This document shows, piece by piece, positions 17,569 through 25,408 of a stretch of 64,000 bases of DNA; the stretch's first letter is position 1, and every line of letters begins with the position of its first letter. Both the position numbers and the translations under genes were made by a program. The notes under the pieces are model-generated. The model was not told the DNA's origin, made no database searches, and saw only the letters and a list, made by a program, of their open reading frames with translations. This DNA is from Eubacteriales bacterium (GTDB taxonomy: Bacteria > Bacillota > Clostridia > Oscillospirales > SIG627): assembly GCA_045541915.1 (NCBI GenBank), contig JAZQJZ010000007.1, positions 32,781 through 96,780 on the forward strand. The letters run 5' to 3'.

Positions 17569-18528
17569 ATGTCCCAAAAGGGATCAGGAGATTTTATGTT
17601 TTTCGACCGTAATATGTTTAAAAAAGCGCTTTTTGTTCTTTGCCCCTTGGCGCTTTTAGCCTTTGTTTTCAGAATTTATACCTTCTGGACAGAAGTGGAA
17701 AACACCATGGGGTTTTTCCGGACAACGCCCTATGCCTGCTATCTTTTCAACGGCATCGGCTTTCTCGTTTTCGCTCTTTGCCTTCTTCTCTCATTCCGAA
17801 AGACCTTGTCGGCACAAAAAAGCAAAGCACCCTTGGAAAACAGTCCTTTTTTAGGTGAAGAATCCTTGCTTTCAGACGAAGCCGAATCTCCCAAAACAGA
17901 GCGTCAAAGCACTGCAGATTCCCTCTCACCCTTTGCAGCCAGAACCGCATCCTGGCAAGGCACTCTCTCTGCCTTTTCCACCTTCTTTCCCGGATTTAGC
18001 TTTTTGGCCTACTCCGTTTCCTGCCTTTTGGATCCGGCCCTAAAGCAAAACAGCTATGCCTGGATGTTCGCCCTTCTTTCTGCCCTGTCCGGCGTTTATT
18101 TTCTTGTGATCGGCTTCCAAAACTCCAGACAAAAAAATTCCACTCGCGCATTCTTCGCTTTGGTACCGGCCTTTTGGTGTACCGTCCGCATGGTGGTGGA
18201 ATACCGTGACCTGGCACGCTTTGTAAACAAGGCGCTTTACATCGGTCAGTTCCTTTTCATCATTTCCGCCCTTCTCTTTTTCCTCTATCAGGCACAGCTT
18301 CTGCTGGGGGAAAAAGCCATGACCCGTCCCAATTCTTACGCGTTTTCCGGACTGGCAGTGGTATTCTTCGGCATTACCGCAAGGCTCTCTTACCTGGTGG
18401 CAGTGGTGGGAGACCGGGTTTCTGCCGATCTGGTGGATATTTCCTCCCTTCTCATTGACCTTGCCATTACCTTGTATGTCATCGTGAAGATTTCTTCCGT
18501 TCTGGAGGAAGACTCTGATATTTTTTAG
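17569..18528 (+). CDS. Polytopic membrane protein, unknown function
   Basis: The start abuts the preceding stop. Multiple hydrophobic helices; no motif recognised. Confidence 0.55.
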   Translation: MSQKGSGDFMFFDRNMFKKALFVLCPLALLAFVFRIYTFWTEVENTMGFFRTTPYACYLFNGIGFLVFALCLLLSFRKTLSAQKSKAPLENSPFLGEESLLSDEAESPKTERQSTADSLSPFAARTASWQGTLSAFSTFFPGFSFLAYSVSCLLDPALKQNSYAWMFALLSALSGVYFLVIGFQNSRQKNSTRAFFALVPAFWCTVRMVVEYRDLARFVNKALYIGQFLFIISALLFFLYQAQLLLGEKAMTRPNSYAFSGLAVVFFGITARLSYLVAVVGDRVSADLVDISSLLIDLAITLYVIVKISSVLEEDSDIF

Positions 18529-18622
18529 AAATTGATGCTTTTTCCCCTTTACAACTTGGCAAATTTTGTAGTATAATAAGGCGGTTAAGCAAAAATAATA
18601 TAATGATAGGAGATGTCAAAAC

Positions 18623-19195
18623 ATGGAAAAGAAAGTTTTGGTTGAAACCTCGGCCCGTCATGTCCACTTGAGCCAGGAGCACATTGAAGCTCTCTTCGGA
18701 AAAGGATATGCCCTCACCCGCAAGAAGGATCTGTCCCAGCCCGGTCAGTTCGCTTGCGAAGAAAGAGTGGATATCACCGGTCCCAAAGGCACCATCAAGA
18801 ACGTTATTATTCTCGGACCTGCCCGTCCTGCATCTCAGGTGGAAGTTTCCGCTACCGATGCCAGAACCCTGGGCATTAAGGCTCCCATCCGCGAATCCGG
18901 CGACGTTGCCGGCTCCGGCGCTTGTACCATTTCCGTTGGCGACAAGTCTGTGGAAGTGGCAGAGGGCGTGATCGTGGCAAAGCGTCACATTCACTTTACT
19001 CCCGCTGATGCAGAAGCATTCGGCGTGAAGGACAAGCAGATTGTGAAAATTCGCGTAGAAGGCGAAAGATCCCTTATTTTCGATGAGGTTGTGGTCAGAG
19101 TCAGCGAAAAATTTGCTGCTGCCATGCACATCGACACCGACGAGTCTAACGCCGCCTGTGCCGCTCCCGGTACCATGGGCGTTCTGGTTGACTAA
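18623..19195 (+). CDS. pduL: Phosphate propanoyltransferase / PduL-type phosphotransacylase
   Basis: SARHVHLS and AKRHIHF duplicated His motifs, GPARP, HIDTDE. 190 aa. Confidence 0.9.
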   Translation: MEKKVLVETSARHVHLSQEHIEALFGKGYALTRKKDLSQPGQFACEERVDITGPKGTIKNVIILGPARPASQVEVSATDARTLGIKAPIRESGDVAGSGACTISVGDKSVEVAEGVIVAKRHIHFTPADAEAFGVKDKQIVKIRVEGERSLIFDEVVVRVSEKFAAAMHIDTDESNAACAAPGTMGVLVD

Positions 19196-19222
19196 ACAAA
19201 ACAAAGAAAGGAATTTGATCCA

Positions 19223-19918
19223 ATGACCATGTTTACAGAAGATGTAGAAAATATGTGCGTTGTGGCCAAAGGTCCCAAGCACGGTCCCGCTCCCATTCCC
19301 GAAGAAGGCAGATGGGTAAAGGCTTATGATGTGACTGACATTTCCGGTCTTTCACACGGTATCGGCTGGTGCGCACCTCAGCAAGGTATGTGCAAGCTGA
19401 CTCTTAACGTTAAAAAGGGTATCATCGAAGAAGCTCTGGTGGAAACCAGCGGCTGCTCCGGTATGACCCACTCCGCTGCGATGGCAGCTGAAATTCTCCA
19501 GGGCAAGACCATTCTGGAAGCTCTGAACACCGACCTTGTTTGTGATGCCATCAACGTTGCCATGCGCGAGATCTTCCTCCAGCTGGTTTATGGCCGCACC
19601 CAGACCGCATTCTCCGAAGACGGTCTTCCCATCGGTTCCACTCTGGACGACCTGGGCAAGGGTCTGCGTAGCCAGGTTGGTACCATTTTCGCTACCAATG
19701 AAAAGGGTGTTCGTTACCTGGAAATGGCAGAAGGCTACATTCTCTCCCTGGGTCTGGACGAAGACAATGAAATCATTGGCTATAAGTTCGTTCACCTCGG
19801 AAAAATGATGGAAGCAATCCGTCACGGCAAGGATCCCAAAGAAGCTTACGAGAGCAATGTGAAGACCTACGGCAGATACGAAGCCGCAGTGAAGTACATT
19901 GATCCCCGTGAAGAATAA
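19223..19918 (+). CDS. NifU/IscU N-terminal-like Fe-S scaffold domain protein
   Basis: GWCAPQQGMC, ETSGCSGM and LVCDA Cys landmarks, followed by a ~110-aa C-terminal extension. Confidence 0.6.
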   Translation: MTMFTEDVENMCVVAKGPKHGPAPIPEEGRWVKAYDVTDISGLSHGIGWCAPQQGMCKLTLNVKKGIIEEALVETSGCSGMTHSAAMAAEILQGKTILEALNTDLVCDAINVAMREIFLQLVYGRTQTAFSEDGLPIGSTLDDLGKGLRSQVGTIFATNEKGVRYLEMAEGYILSLGLDEDNEIIGYKFVHLGKMMEAIRHGKDPKEAYESNVKTYGRYEAAVKYIDPREE

Positions 19919-19930
19919 GGAGGCATAACG

Positions 19931-20932
19931 ATGGTTAAGTTTGAAGGTTACGAAAGAAGAATTGGAAAAATCAACGAGTGCCTCAAAGAATACGGCATCG
20001 CTTCTCTGGAAGAAGCACAGAAGATCTGTCTGGATCTGGGTGTCGATGTTGACGCACTGGTAAAGGGCGTGCAGCCCATCGCATTTGAAAACGCTTCCTG
20101 GGCATACACCCTGGGCGCTGCCATTGCAGTGAAAAAGGGCGTGAAGAGTGCCGCTGAAGCAGCTGAGGCCATCGGTATCGGTCTGCAGGCATTCTGTATC
20201 CACGGTTCCGTTGCCGAAACCAGAGATGTAGGTCTCGGTCACGGTAATCTGGCCGCTATGCTTCTCCGTGAAGAGACCAAGTGCTTCTGCTTCTTGGCAG
20301 GTCACGAGTCCTTCGCAGCAGCAGAAGGCGCCATCGGTATTGCAAAGACCGCAAACAAGGTTCGTAAAGAGCCCCTTCAGATCATCCTGAACGGTCTGGG
20401 CAAGGACGCCGCTCACATCATCTCCAGAATCAACGGCTTCACCTATGTGCAGACCGAGTTCGATTTCACCGAGAACAAGCTGAACATCATCAAGACCAAG
20501 GCTTATTCCGACGGCGAAAGAGCAAAGGTTCGTTGCTACGGTTCCAATGACGTTCTGGAAGGTGTTGCCATCATGCAGCACGAGTCCGTTGACGTATCCA
20601 TCACCGGTAACTCCACCAACCCCACCAGATTCCAGCACCCCGTTGCCGGAACCTATAAGAAGTGGGCCATCGAAAACGGCAAGAAGTACTTCTCCGTTGC
20701 ATCCGGTGGCGGTACCGGCCGTACCCTGCATCCCGATAACATGGCTGCAGGCCCCGCTTCCTACGGTATGACCGATACCATGGGTAGAATGCACGGCGAC
20801 GCTCAGTTTGCCGGTTCTTCCTCCGTTCCCGCTCACGTGGAAATGATGGGTCTGATCGGCATGGGTAACAACCCCATGGTTGGTGCCACTGTTGCCGTAG
20901 CCGTAGAAATCTCTATGGCTCTCAACAAGTAA
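19931..20932 (+). CDS. GGGtGRT family protein (uncharacterised conserved family)
   Basis: Contains the eponymous motif ASGGGTGRTLHPDN. 333 aa. Confidence 0.85.
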   Translation: MVKFEGYERRIGKINECLKEYGIASLEEAQKICLDLGVDVDALVKGVQPIAFENASWAYTLGAAIAVKKGVKSAAEAAEAIGIGLQAFCIHGSVAETRDVGLGHGNLAAMLLREETKCFCFLAGHESFAAAEGAIGIAKTANKVRKEPLQIILNGLGKDAAHIISRINGFTYVQTEFDFTENKLNIIKTKAYSDGERAKVRCYGSNDVLEGVAIMQHESVDVSITGNSTNPTRFQHPVAGTYKKWAIENGKKYFSVASGGGTGRTLHPDNMAAGPASYGMTDTMGRMHGDAQFAGSSSVPAHVEMMGLIGMGNNPMVGATVAVAVEISMALNK

Positions 20933-20944
20933 GATTTGACTTAA

Positions 20945-20980
20945 TAAAAAAAGAACTGCTCGGTAGAGCAGTTCTTTTTT
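20945..20980. terminator. Bidirectional terminator, copy 1 of 3 near-identical hairpins
   Basis: AAAAAAGAACTGCTC-GGTA-GAGCAGTTCTTTTTT. Confidence 0.8.
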
Positions 20981-21037
20981 CTTTGTTTGGAAAAGGGACC
21001 ACAAATCAATTGGGAATTCCTTTTTTGATAAAAACAA

Positions 21038-21268
21038 TTACAATCCATTCTTTGCAGGCGGATACGGTCTCTTTTCATCTGTTTCGCCTAACAGGTAATC
21101 CACACTGGTTTTATAAAAACGAGAAAGACGAATTAAAACGGAAGAAGGAATATCATTTTCCCCCGTTTCATATTTAGAATACCCCGTTTGAGACATTCCC
21201 AAAATATTGGCAACCTGCGTCTGTGTCAAGTCGGCATCTTCTCGCAAATCACGAATCCGTCGATACAT
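21038..21268 (-). CDS. XRE-family helix-turn-helix transcriptional regulator
   Basis: IRDLREDADLTQTQVANILGMSQTGYSKYETGENDIP is the HTH_3 pattern. 76 aa. Confidence 0.85.
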   Translation of the reverse strand: MYRRIRDLREDADLTQTQVANILGMSQTGYSKYETGENDIPSSVLIRLSRFYKTSVDYLLGETDEKRPYPPAKNGL

Positions 21269-21298
21269 CTTCTCATCCCTTCAAATTACTTCCCCTTC

Positions 21299-21352
21299 AT
21301 TTTATTTAATCTGAATCAGGCTATTGAATTTTAATCTGAAACAGGTTAAAAT
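21299..21352. promoter_or_regulatory. Back-to-back divergent promoters with two 15-bp operator repeats
   Basis: Minus strand: TTCAAT (21328-21323)-18-TAAAAT (21304-21299). Plus strand: TTGAAT (21324-21329)-17-TAAAAT (21347-21352). TTAATCTGAATCAGG (21306-21320) and TTAATCTGAAACAGG (21331-21345) each sit in one spacer. Confidence 0.55.
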
Positions 21353-21473
21353 GGGATCGAATTTAAAGCAGTTATCTCCGGCAAGAAAGCCTTCTTTCCG
21401 TTTTGAAACGCAGTTCAAATAACTGTCTCTCAATCAGCAAATCTCTCAGTGACAGCGTCCTTAGCGTTCCATA

Positions 21474-21507
21474 AAAAAAGAACTGCTCTTTCGAGCAGTT
21501 CTTTTTT
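21474..21507. terminator. Bidirectional terminator, copy 2 of 3
   Basis: AAAAAAGAACTGCTC-TTTC-GAGCAGTTCTTTTTT. Confidence 0.75.
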
Positions 21508-21618
21508 GTGTATTTGGTTGTATTGGGGCGCGCCCCATTCCCCGCAAGGTGCTTTTTGAAAAAAGCCCCTTGACCCCAAAACCTTTTGGCAATTGATAAC
21601 GTTTTCTATCGTTCTTCT

Positions 21619-21831
21619 TCACTTTTGCTTCGGATCGTTGGTCAAACCCAAAATATAATCTGTAGACGTTTGATAGAACCTCGCGAGAATCACCACGAAT
21701 CGAGTGGGGATCTCCCTTTTTCCCGTTTCATAATTACTATAAACTCTTTGGTCGATTCCAAGAAGAGCCGCAACCTCTTTTTGCACCATATCATGATCTT
21801 CTCGCAAATCCTTCAATCTTGGATAATACAT
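21619..21831 (-). CDS. XRE-family helix-turn-helix transcriptional regulator
   Basis: LKDLREDHDMVQKEVAALLGIDQRVYSNYETGKREIP. 70 aa, paralogous in layout to 21038-21268. Confidence 0.85.
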   Translation of the reverse strand: MYYPRLKDLREDHDMVQKEVAALLGIDQRVYSNYETGKREIPTRFVVILARFYQTSTDYILGLTNDPKQK

Positions 21832-21967
21832 ACACTCACCTCAAATTCAGTATATGTACTATCAAACAATAGTATTTATTTTACTACCGAACTATAGTAA
21901 GATAGAAGAAAGACACACCATTCCCCCTATGACATCCCTTCAAAAAAAGCAAAGGCGGACACAAAAA

Positions 21968-22228
21968 ATGAAAAAGAAAATAGACCCATTAGGACGTGTG
22001 GTAATACCAAAGACAGTTCGAAACGATATGGCACTCAACCCCAATGACCTGATTCTGATACATTACGATTCTGACAAAAAAACAATTACGATCAAAAAAG
22101 CAGAAAACCGGTGTTTTGTTTGCGGCGGAAAGGAAGACCTTATTCTCTTGCCAAACCATTATTATCTATGCTGCAGCTGTCTCCGACAAACAAAGCCTTC
22201 TCTTCGGTCTGAAGCACAGATCAAATAA
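21968..22228 (+). CDS. AbrB/MazE/SpoVT-type DNA-binding domain fused to a C-terminal CxxC...CCxC zinc-ribbon-like tail
   Basis: Start chosen at MKKKIDPLGRVVIPKTVRNDM (the AbrB looped-hinge motif), followed by CFVCGG...LCCSC. Confidence 0.7.
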   Translation: MKKKIDPLGRVVIPKTVRNDMALNPNDLILIHYDSDKKTITIKKAENRCFVCGGKEDLILLPNHYYLCCSCLRQTKPSLRSEAQIK

Positions 22229-22280
22229 CCGCCCCTCTCAACCGGTAAATTTATCTGGGGCAACACTCGTCACATCCCAC

Positions 22281-22315
22281 AAAAAAGAACTGCTCGGTAG
22301 AGCAGTTCTTTTTTC
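22281..22315. terminator. Bidirectional terminator, copy 3 of 3
   Basis: AAAAAAGAACTGCTC-GGTA-GAGCAGTTCTTTTTT, identical to copy 1. Confidence 0.8.
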
Positions 22316-22321
22316 TAACAG

Positions 22322-23656
22322 TTATTCTGCCTGCAGGAAATAGGAGGTGTAAAGAGGAAGATTTAGTTCCAGGATCAATTCGTCGCCCGTCAACTCAATC
22401 ACCTTCTCGGTAGCAAGATCGCTTTTTTCGTTTAAAACGGAAATGGACAAGGACTTTTTCCCAGAAAGGCCGGAGAGCATAAGTTTGACCTTTTCGTTGG
22501 AGGCTTCATCCTCCTCCCGGTAGTGACAGATCATAGCACCGGCGGTTTTTTCTCCTGCGGCGGCGCAGGCGTACACCGGGTTCTCCTGATATATGGGCTT
22601 GACATAGCGTCCCATCCGATAAAGGTTGCCAAACATCAGGAAAGGGTAATATCCCTTTAAGGGAGTGAAGAAATCCGTATCAAACAGACCGCACCAGGCA
22701 CAAGGTCTGCCTTCGTAATACATGATCATATCAAGGGGAGAATCCTGTGCCACGCACATACAGCCGGCCGTAAAGGCAGCGCCCTTGATGCCCTTGATGG
22801 CACGGATGGAAGCGTCAAAATCATCACCCGTCCAGCCGCGAACGTAGTTCCACTCGTCCAGAATCAACTCTGTTCCGGAAAGGCCCGCCTCTTCAAGCAG
22901 TTTTTTTGCTCGCAAACCGTATTCGCGCATTGCGATGGGCTCCTTGGCGTAGCGGTGGAAGGAGAAAAAGTCAAGAGAAAGACCCTCTTGACGGATCCGC
23001 TTTAAGAAGGGGATCATATACGAAAACCGTTTTTCCGCCAGAGAAACGAGTGCCGGTCCTCCAATCTTCAATTGCGGAAATGTTTCCTTTAAGTGTCGAA
23101 GTGCCGTAAGGAAAAACTCTTCAAATTCCGCCCAAGTGCCCTGCCAGCAAGGATACGAGCCGTCGGCATTTTGGCAGTCCGGCTCATTCCAGATCTCCCA
23201 ATAGTGAATGGGATAGAAAAAGCCGTTTGCCCACCCTTCGGTATAATGGCGAATGATGTGCTCGCAGATCACTGCCCATTTTTTGAAATCCTTAGGAGGA
23301 TAGGTTCCTTTTTTGGTTTGGTGCTCAATGGCAGCGCCCAGTCGGTAAAATACTTCGCCGCCGGTTTCCATACACGATTTGACATATTGATCCGTCGCCT
23401 CGAAATAATAAGAGGCAGGATCCGTTTCCGACAAAGAAAAATCCGGGAAAATACGATGAACATCCACCGTAAATTCTCCACCGTAGGAAGTGCAAAAAGC
23501 CGCATCGTGATTTCGCATATAGGGAATGCCGGCCTCGCGGAACAAAGCAGCATTGCCACGGCTGGAGCGCATATTACCCACAGGGCCGTTGTTGATGGCG
23601 TGCATCGGCTTAACCGCGCCGTCATCTCTTGAAAAATCGATTCTAATTTCAGTCAT
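22322..23656 (-). CDS. Clan GH-A glycoside hydrolase (GH39-like)
   Basis: I moved the start to MTEIRIDF (AAAGGAGGAGAG RBS). The HYWEIWNEPD acid/base-region motif is present. No signal peptide. Confidence 0.65.
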   Translation of the reverse strand: MTEIRIDFSRDDGAVKPMHAINNGPVGNMRSSRGNAALFREAGIPYMRNHDAAFCTSYGGEFTVDVHRIFPDFSLSETDPASYYFEATDQYVKSCMETGGEVFYRLGAAIEHQTKKGTYPPKDFKKWAVICEHIIRHYTEGWANGFFYPIHYWEIWNEPDCQNADGSYPCWQGTWAEFEEFFLTALRHLKETFPQLKIGGPALVSLAEKRFSYMIPFLKRIRQEGLSLDFFSFHRYAKEPIAMREYGLRAKKLLEEAGLSGTELILDEWNYVRGWTGDDFDASIRAIKGIKGAAFTAGCMCVAQDSPLDMIMYYEGRPCAWCGLFDTDFFTPLKGYYPFLMFGNLYRMGRYVKPIYQENPVYACAAAGEKTAGAMICHYREEDEASNEKVKLMLSGLSGKKSLSISVLNEKSDLATEKVIELTGDELILELNLPLYTSYFLQAE

Positions 23657-23806
23657 CTTCTCTCCTCCTTTTGTTTTTTCATTATAAATCAATCAAACAT
23701 ACTTTGCAATAAAAATTGCTTCATTTTTTTTGCTTTTTTTGGAAACCTATGATATACTTTTCTTGAAGAATAAACTTTTGCATATTACCACAAAAAGGAG
23801 AACAAA

Positions 23807-25339
23807 ATGAAAGAGATCGTAATGCCTTCTTTTGTCCAAAATATCCAGGAAAACCGGATCAATGAAAGCGCCCGGATTTTCGTGTTTTCGGATCAAACGG
23901 AAGAGGGATTTTCCGCCTACTGTACTCGATTGGAAAAAAATGGCTATACAAAAAAAGAAGAAAGACGCGGCTCTCTTTACCGCTACGCCTCCTTTCAAAA
24001 GGAATCCTCCTCCCTCTTTTTGAATTTCTTTTCCAACATCAGGGAAATGACCCTGGTGCAAGAAGAAAACTCACCTTATTTTTCCTACCGAGATGTTTGT
24101 GGCGAGGTTTGCACGGTGCCGCAGATCACCCAGCTTGCCCTTTCGGATTTTGGAATGTCTTATGTGATCGGTCTTTCTGACGGACGCTTGATGGTGATTG
24201 ACGGCGGCAGAGAATTCCCCCAGGATGCCGAAAACCTCTATCAAACGCTTTGTTCCGTCTCCCCTTTGTCAAAGCCGGTGATCGCTGCCTGGATCCTCAC
24301 CCATCCCCATAGCGATCACTTTCATTGCTTCCATGTATTTATGAAGCGTTTCGGCGAGCAGATTACATTGGAAAAGGTCTTTCTGAATTTTCCCGATGCG
24401 GATGATCTTGACCATTTCCCCGCACTTGCGCCTTCAAGTCCGGAAGAAGAAGCCCTTTCCCCTCAGGCAAACATTCCCCTAATGTGGAATGAGATCAAAA
24501 AAGCCGGTGCAGAGGTTTATACGCCCCATACCGGTCAGAGCTACCGGGTAGGAGATGCCCTCATTGAAATTCTTGGTGCAATGGATGATATTCTCCACCG
24601 CTCTCAGATCATCAATGCCTCCTCTCTGGTCTTTCGGATGGAACTGGGAGGACAGGTGATCCTCTGGACAGGGGATGTTTCCTCTTCCTTCAGCCGCCTG
24701 GGTGAACGATATGGAAACGATCTGAAAGCTGACATTCTGCAGGTTCCGCATCACGGCTTTCAGTCCGGAAAGGCAGCCGGAGAGATTCTGCTGTATGATC
24801 ACGTCCGCCCCCAAGTTTGCCTACTTCCCGTGGCAGACCACGAAGCCTACGTGAGCTTTTGCCCCTATCGGAAAGGAACAAAATATCTTCTGACACACCC
24901 GGATGTGAAAGAAGTGATCACGGGAACGCCTCAGCGCACCATCCCTCTGCCCTATACCCCGCCTACCGAGAAAAAAGCAGAGATTGAACGAAACCTGGAA
25001 AACGGAAAGAAAAAGGCAGGGGCCCAGACCTGGATCTTTTCCGACCTTTCTACCGCTTCCCCGGAGGACCTGGTCTTCACCTTGCTGAACACCACCTATG
25101 TTGCCGCCAATGTGCGCATTGATCTGTATTTTGATTCCATTAAAAAAAGAATGAACTGGCAGACCACAACAGGGCGGGTCTCCTTTATCCCCCTCTCCCT
25201 GGAGCAGTCTTTCCGCGAGGCAACGGGTAAGGATCTGCCGAAAAACGAAGCCTTTTCCATTCGCTTCACCTCGGATATTCCCATCGTCGTTTCAAACAAA
25301 AAGAATAAACCCGCTTTTTATTCCTCTGAAAACCTTTGA
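23807..25339 (+). CDS. MBL-fold metallo-hydrolase (ComEC-type lactamase_B domain) with N-terminal unknown domain
   Basis: ILTHPHSDHFHCF (HxHxDH) and LQVPHHGF. Confidence 0.8.
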   Translation: MKEIVMPSFVQNIQENRINESARIFVFSDQTEEGFSAYCTRLEKNGYTKKEERRGSLYRYASFQKESSSLFLNFFSNIREMTLVQEENSPYFSYRDVCGEVCTVPQITQLALSDFGMSYVIGLSDGRLMVIDGGREFPQDAENLYQTLCSVSPLSKPVIAAWILTHPHSDHFHCFHVFMKRFGEQITLEKVFLNFPDADDLDHFPALAPSSPEEEALSPQANIPLMWNEIKKAGAEVYTPHTGQSYRVGDALIEILGAMDDILHRSQIINASSLVFRMELGGQVILWTGDVSSSFSRLGERYGNDLKADILQVPHHGFQSGKAAGEILLYDHVRPQVCLLPVADHEAYVSFCPYRKGTKYLLTHPDVKEVITGTPQRTIPLPYTPPTEKKAEIERNLENGKKKAGAQTWIFSDLSTASPEDLVFTLLNTTYVAANVRIDLYFDSIKKRMNWQTTTGRVSFIPLSLEQSFREATGKDLPKNEAFSIRFTSDIPIVVSNKKNKPAFYSSENL

Positions 25340-25367
25340 AGTAAAAAAAGCAAAGGGTAACCTGTCA

Positions 25368-25402
25368 CAAAAAAAGAGACGCAAATTGCGTCTCTTTTTT
25401 CT
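25368..25402. terminator. Bidirectional rho-independent terminator
   Basis: A-tract-GAGACGC-AAATT-GCGTCTC-T-tract, between convergent genes. Confidence 0.75.
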
Positions 25403-25408
25403 TTTTTG

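Noticed and set aside
18623-19195. A bacterial microcompartment (Pdu/Eut) locus, suggested by PduL
   Set aside because: No shell-protein, diol/ethanolamine lyase or aldehyde dehydrogenase genes are present anywhere in the window. PduL here more likely serves as a general phosphotransacylase.
19352-21037. 561-aa minus-strand ORF
   Set aside because: It is antisense to the NifU-like and GGGtGRT genes. It is Gly/Val/Thr-rich mirror sequence produced by strong codon bias on the sense strand.
21351-21422. 23-codon ORF (MGSNLKQLSPARKPSFRFETQFK) divergent from the XRE gene
   Set aside because: Its ATG lies inside the predicted -10 of the only plausible promoter, and it lacks a convincing SD. It is treated as part of a candidate non-coding transcript.
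21525-21536. 12-bp perfect GC palindrome GGGGCGCGCCCC as a REP or operator
   Set aside because: It is a single copy in the window, too short to assign, and has no GTAG head. It is noted only as a curiosity downstream of the XRE gene.
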